From positions 1 to 58,641 of the IMG/VR virus record IMGVR_UViG_3300021090_000949: a DNA stretch of 58,641 nt; one strand, written 5' to 3'. Positions 55,933 to 58,641 of this stretch are shown here, piece by piece. The translations under genes and the position numbers were made by a program. Position 1 is the first letter of the stretch; each line of letters begins with the position of its first letter. The notes beneath the pieces were generated by a model. That model saw nothing but the letters and a program-made list of their open reading frames with translations. It did no database searches and had not been told where the DNA came from. Source of the DNA: a virus (taxonomy: Duplodnaviria; Caudoviricetes).

Positions 55933-57301
55933 CGCCATCCTCCGGGTTTGGGAGATCCTCGGGTGGGAGCTCCTGCAGTTGTGTGGATAGTTTTTCCATG
56001 ATCCCCTTGATTTCTTCTGGGGTACACCCCAGCCAGCCAAGGAACTTCTCGATCGGGATGACCGTATCGCCGCCACTATTGAGGAAGGTCGCGGTTGCTT
56101 CGGCTCGCGTCTTCGCAACGTCAGCCTTCTCTTTGTCAGATGGCGAGAGTAGATCATCCCACTTCACATTGTATTGGGCAGCCTGTTTTCGCTTGAGGAT
56201 GCCCACCTCGACCAGGCGATCAAAGAATGGGCGAATGATACTTGGCTCGCAAAACTGCTCGCGCCGGCTCTTGATCTGGCGGAACCACCGGACGAGGTCC
56301 ATAGTCGAGGCAAGCTCGCCGAGTTCTGAGCCCAACAGCACGCGCTTGGGGATCCGCTTGCCCGCTGCGACCATGTCCAGCTGCATCGAGAAGTGATTAA
56401 TCGGGTCAGAGATCTGTTGGACCAGCTCTTTCGCTTCGACCCCCTGCAACAGCAGGAATTTCTTCATGCGGTGGACCAGGTCGAGGATCTTCTCTTCGTA
56501 TTTTGCCTTGACGTCGTCCCCGATCGTGAAGGTCTTGTCCAAATTGAAGACCATACCGGGATCGGCCAGGCGCCAGAATGCTTCCGCGTCCGCACCGACC
56601 AGTTTTTCGATATCATAAAGGCGATTGAAGATCACCTCCAGCTGCGGCGTCCCCTCCACCGGATTGGTCAGACATTCCTGAGCCACATGGATAACTCTGG
56701 TGTAATGAACATCTGTCGGTGTCACTTTATCGCCGACGCCTATCGATAAGGAATAAAGAACGGGCAAGCCATACCGAGGACTCTGAGGACTCGTGTCGGT
56801 CGACTTGATAGTGATCGACCCCTCACCGTATGGTGTGGCGTACAGTAGGTCAGACGACGTCGTTGCCGGCTGAGTCAGGCTGGTCGAGCTATCCTTGAAT
56901 CCAAGGAGTAAGACCGCATACTTCCCGAGCGATGACAGGATATCCAGCCGTGAGAAGACCTGCTGCAATCGAAACTTGGTGACGATCTCAGTGGCCGCGC
57001 GCTCGAACACAGTGTCCTGTTCTGCGGACTCTTCGATGGTCGGGAACGTCTCCCAAGACGCGGCTACGGGAGCATTGATAACGCCCTTGGCTATCTCATT
57101 ACGCAGGTAGTATGACTGATAGTCGATGTAGGTCGGCTCCTTCTTGTAGCCGAGCGTTTTGGTCAGATCGCGCTGACCATCGTATTGCTTGCCCATCGCT
57201 TCGCCGATGCGTTGCCTCTCGAACAGGGTGCTCGACAGTCCGCGAAGTTCTGAGATGATCGCGGACGCTTGGGCCGCCGACATGGATGACTTGCCGCTCA
57301 T
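55910..57301 (-). CDS. Portal protein (DUF1073-like)
   Basis: SPRYGLP..Y, VHYTRVIH, IPKRVLLG..GELAS..D; position after terminase. Confidence 0.85.
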   Translation of the reverse strand: MSGKSSMSAAQASAIISELRGLSSTLFERQRIGEAMGKQYDGQRDLTKTLGYKKEPTYIDYQSYYLRNEIAKGVINAPVAASWETFPTIEESAEQDTVFERAATEIVTKFRLQQVFSRLDILSSLGKYAVLLLGFKDSSTSLTQPATTSSDLLYATPYGEGSITIKSTDTSPQSPRYGLPVLYSLSIGVGDKVTPTDVHYTRVIHVAQECLTNPVEGTPQLEVIFNRLYDIEKLVGADAEAFWRLADPGMVFNLDKTFTIGDDVKAKYEEKILDLVHRMKKFLLLQGVEAKELVQQISDPINHFSMQLDMVAAGKRIPKRVLLGSELGELASTMDLVRWFRQIKSRREQFCEPSIIRPFFDRLVEVGILKRKQAAQYNVKWDDLLSPSDKEKADVAKTRAEATATFLNSGGDTVIPIEKFLGWLGCTPEEIKGIMEKLSTQLQELPPEDLPNPEDGDDPNKDV

Positions 57302-57537
57302 TCGCCGTTTTCTCCGAGGATCTCATTAACCCGATCTAAGGGCATGTGCTCTTTCTCGATGAGGTACCAGCGGGCGAAGTTGACGACTGCCCAAGTACGC
57401 CGTTCGAGGTTTCCGAGGTCTTTCACGAGTGACGATAACTTGTACTGCATCACGCCATAGGTGACGGCAAAGGTCAGAACCGGTAACCCGATCTGCATAA
57501 CGATACTCAAGTCTACCACCACTGGAATGCCCTCCAT
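57298..57537 (-). CDS. Small single-TM/coiled-coil protein
   Basis: Hydrophobic N-terminal helix then amphipathic helix; ATGA overlap with portal. Confidence 0.6.
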   Translation of the reverse strand: MEGIPVVVDLSIVMQIGLPVLTFAVTYGVMQYKLSSLVKDLGNLERRTWAVVNFARWYLIEKEHMPLDRVNEILGENGE

Positions 57538-57539
57538 AA

Positions 57540-58641
57540 TTATCCGAGGTAAAACTCTTTCGGGTTTGTGAGGCGCAAAAAGGCGCCCGACAATGCATCG
57601 ATCTGATCCGATTGACACTTGTCTGTACCGTCGTAATTTTCCGCCTCGCCGAGAAACTCTTCCACCCAGGGGCCGTCGACGAGCTTGATCAGTTGCGCCT
57701 CTGCAGCAGCGGATACCGGCTCAGCTCGTTTGCCTTTGGATTCATGCACGGGATTGGCGTAGGCGATGAATCCTTTCCCGATCAGCTTTCGAACGTGCAT
57801 CTGCGCTTCCATTACTCCCGCCTGGCCGGGATCCTGTTCGATGCCGATATGTACGGCGTTGCCATCTCCGCTCGCGGTGTTGTGGATCCGTGTTTCAACG
57901 GTGAGCGGGCTGCCCTGAAAACGCTCGACATGCATGAGGAAATATTCACCTTCAGCGGTCTTCCCCAGTTTGACGCCGGCGGTATGCGAAGAACCTTTCC
58001 TGGCCTGATCGGCCGCGGTGGCCGCTCTATCCCAGTAACGAACCACATTCGGACATCGGGGTGCGGTCTTGACGATCTGAAAGTATGACCGCTGGAAGAA
58101 GGTGCCGGCGTGATCGTGAACGTTCCAGTTGCCGCCCTTATCCTCGTGACCAAGCAAGCGCTCTCGTTCAACTTTACGCAGACTCTTGAGCTTGGCCATA
58201 TAGGACGGGTCAGCGGTCAGCAGGGCCGGATTGTCGATCGTGCGTGAGCGGATGAAGGTAAAGGATAGCGGGGAACAGTCGGTGCCGAACCGATCGATCA
58301 TCTCCTGGCGGGTGTTGCCCCATTCCAGCTTATTATTGAGATTGACAAACCATTGCAGCACGCCCGAGCGTTCGGGAATGGCATACCCATCAGGCGCGAT
58401 GTACCAATCGACCATCTCGCGCAACCAGCCCCCGACTTTGTTCTGGCGGGGCACGGGGTTACATGTCGCACACATTCGGGGCCGGACGCCCGAGGTTGAC
58501 CGGTTACGCGAGAGCATGTAGAAGAACTGGTCGCGCTCGAATGACTCGAGCTGATCAAAGCCGATCAACGCGATCTGGGATCCATCCCACTTGTAGCGAT
58601 CGGAGACCTGCTCCATGTGAGCGTATCTGACCGTGGCTCCC
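57540..58641 (-). CDS. terL: Terminase large subunit (5' end outside window)
   Basis: ATCNP, DNPAL, YWDRAAT, IEQDPGQAG, DQIDALSGAF nuclease motifs; upstream of portal. Confidence 0.9.
   Translation of the reverse strand, partial: GATVRYAHMEQVSDRYKWDGSQIALIGFDQLESFERDQFFYMLSRNRSTSGVRPRMCATCNPVPRQNKVGGWLREMVDWYIAPDGYAIPERSGVLQWFVNLNNKLEWGNTRQEMIDRFGTDCSPLSFTFIRSRTIDNPALLTADPSYMAKLKSLRKVERERLLGHEDKGGNWNVHDHAGTFFQRSYFQIVKTAPRCPNVVRYWDRAATAADQARKGSSHTAGVKLGKTAEGEYFLMHVERFQGSPLTVETRIHNTASGDGNAVHIGIEQDPGQAGVMEAQMHVRKLIGKGFIAYANPVHESKGKRAEPVSAAAEAQLIKLVDGPWVEEFLGEAENYDGTDKCQSDQIDALSGAFLRLTNPKEFYLG

Larger units (their letters stand above)
1..58641. mobile_element. Tailed phage genome segment (siphovirus-like, probably temperate)
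   Basis: Contiguous terminase-portal-capsid-tail-lysis-immunity-recombination/methylase modules; no host housekeeping genes recognised. Confidence 0.95.

Noticed and set aside
55910-57301. Anti-CBASS Acb1 call for the DUF1073-like protein
   Set aside because: No paired HxT/S phosphoesterase motifs recognised; size and position fit a portal
1-58641. CRISPR array or alternative genetic code
   Set aside because: No regularly spaced repeats noticed; genes are intact and tightly packed under the standard code

Overview
The whole window is a tailed dsDNA phage (siphovirus-type, probably temperate), read almost entirely on the minus strand in virion/circular gene order. From right to left: terminase large subunit (partial); portal; four genes with N-terminal signal peptides; head morphogenesis, protease/scaffold, decoration and encapsulin-like major capsid genes; a five-enzyme glycosyltransferase/methyltransferase cluster; head-tail joining genes, tail tube, frameshifted tail chaperones and tape measure; a GTA-like tail tip (DUF2460, DUF2163, NlpC/P60, J-like protein); an M15 endolysin and exported proteins; small regulators; a tRNA-Cys-like 3' fragment (att-like); an IS1595-family element with a HEPN-like passenger inserted in the 3' end of an HTH repressor gene; then an early operon (AbrB-like regulator, annealing-like protein, SbcD/SbcC, ASCH, DUF5131, an inserted LAGLIDADG gene, C5 methyltransferase, helicase-methylase fusion, Tad2-like protein, HerA-like ATPase, HNH). 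No integrase, polymerase or primase was recognised in the window. The best candidates for new biology are the glycosylation cluster inside the head operon and the block of signal-peptide-bearing, virion-like proteins between portal and head genes. All family calls come from motif recognition by eye; no database searches were run.
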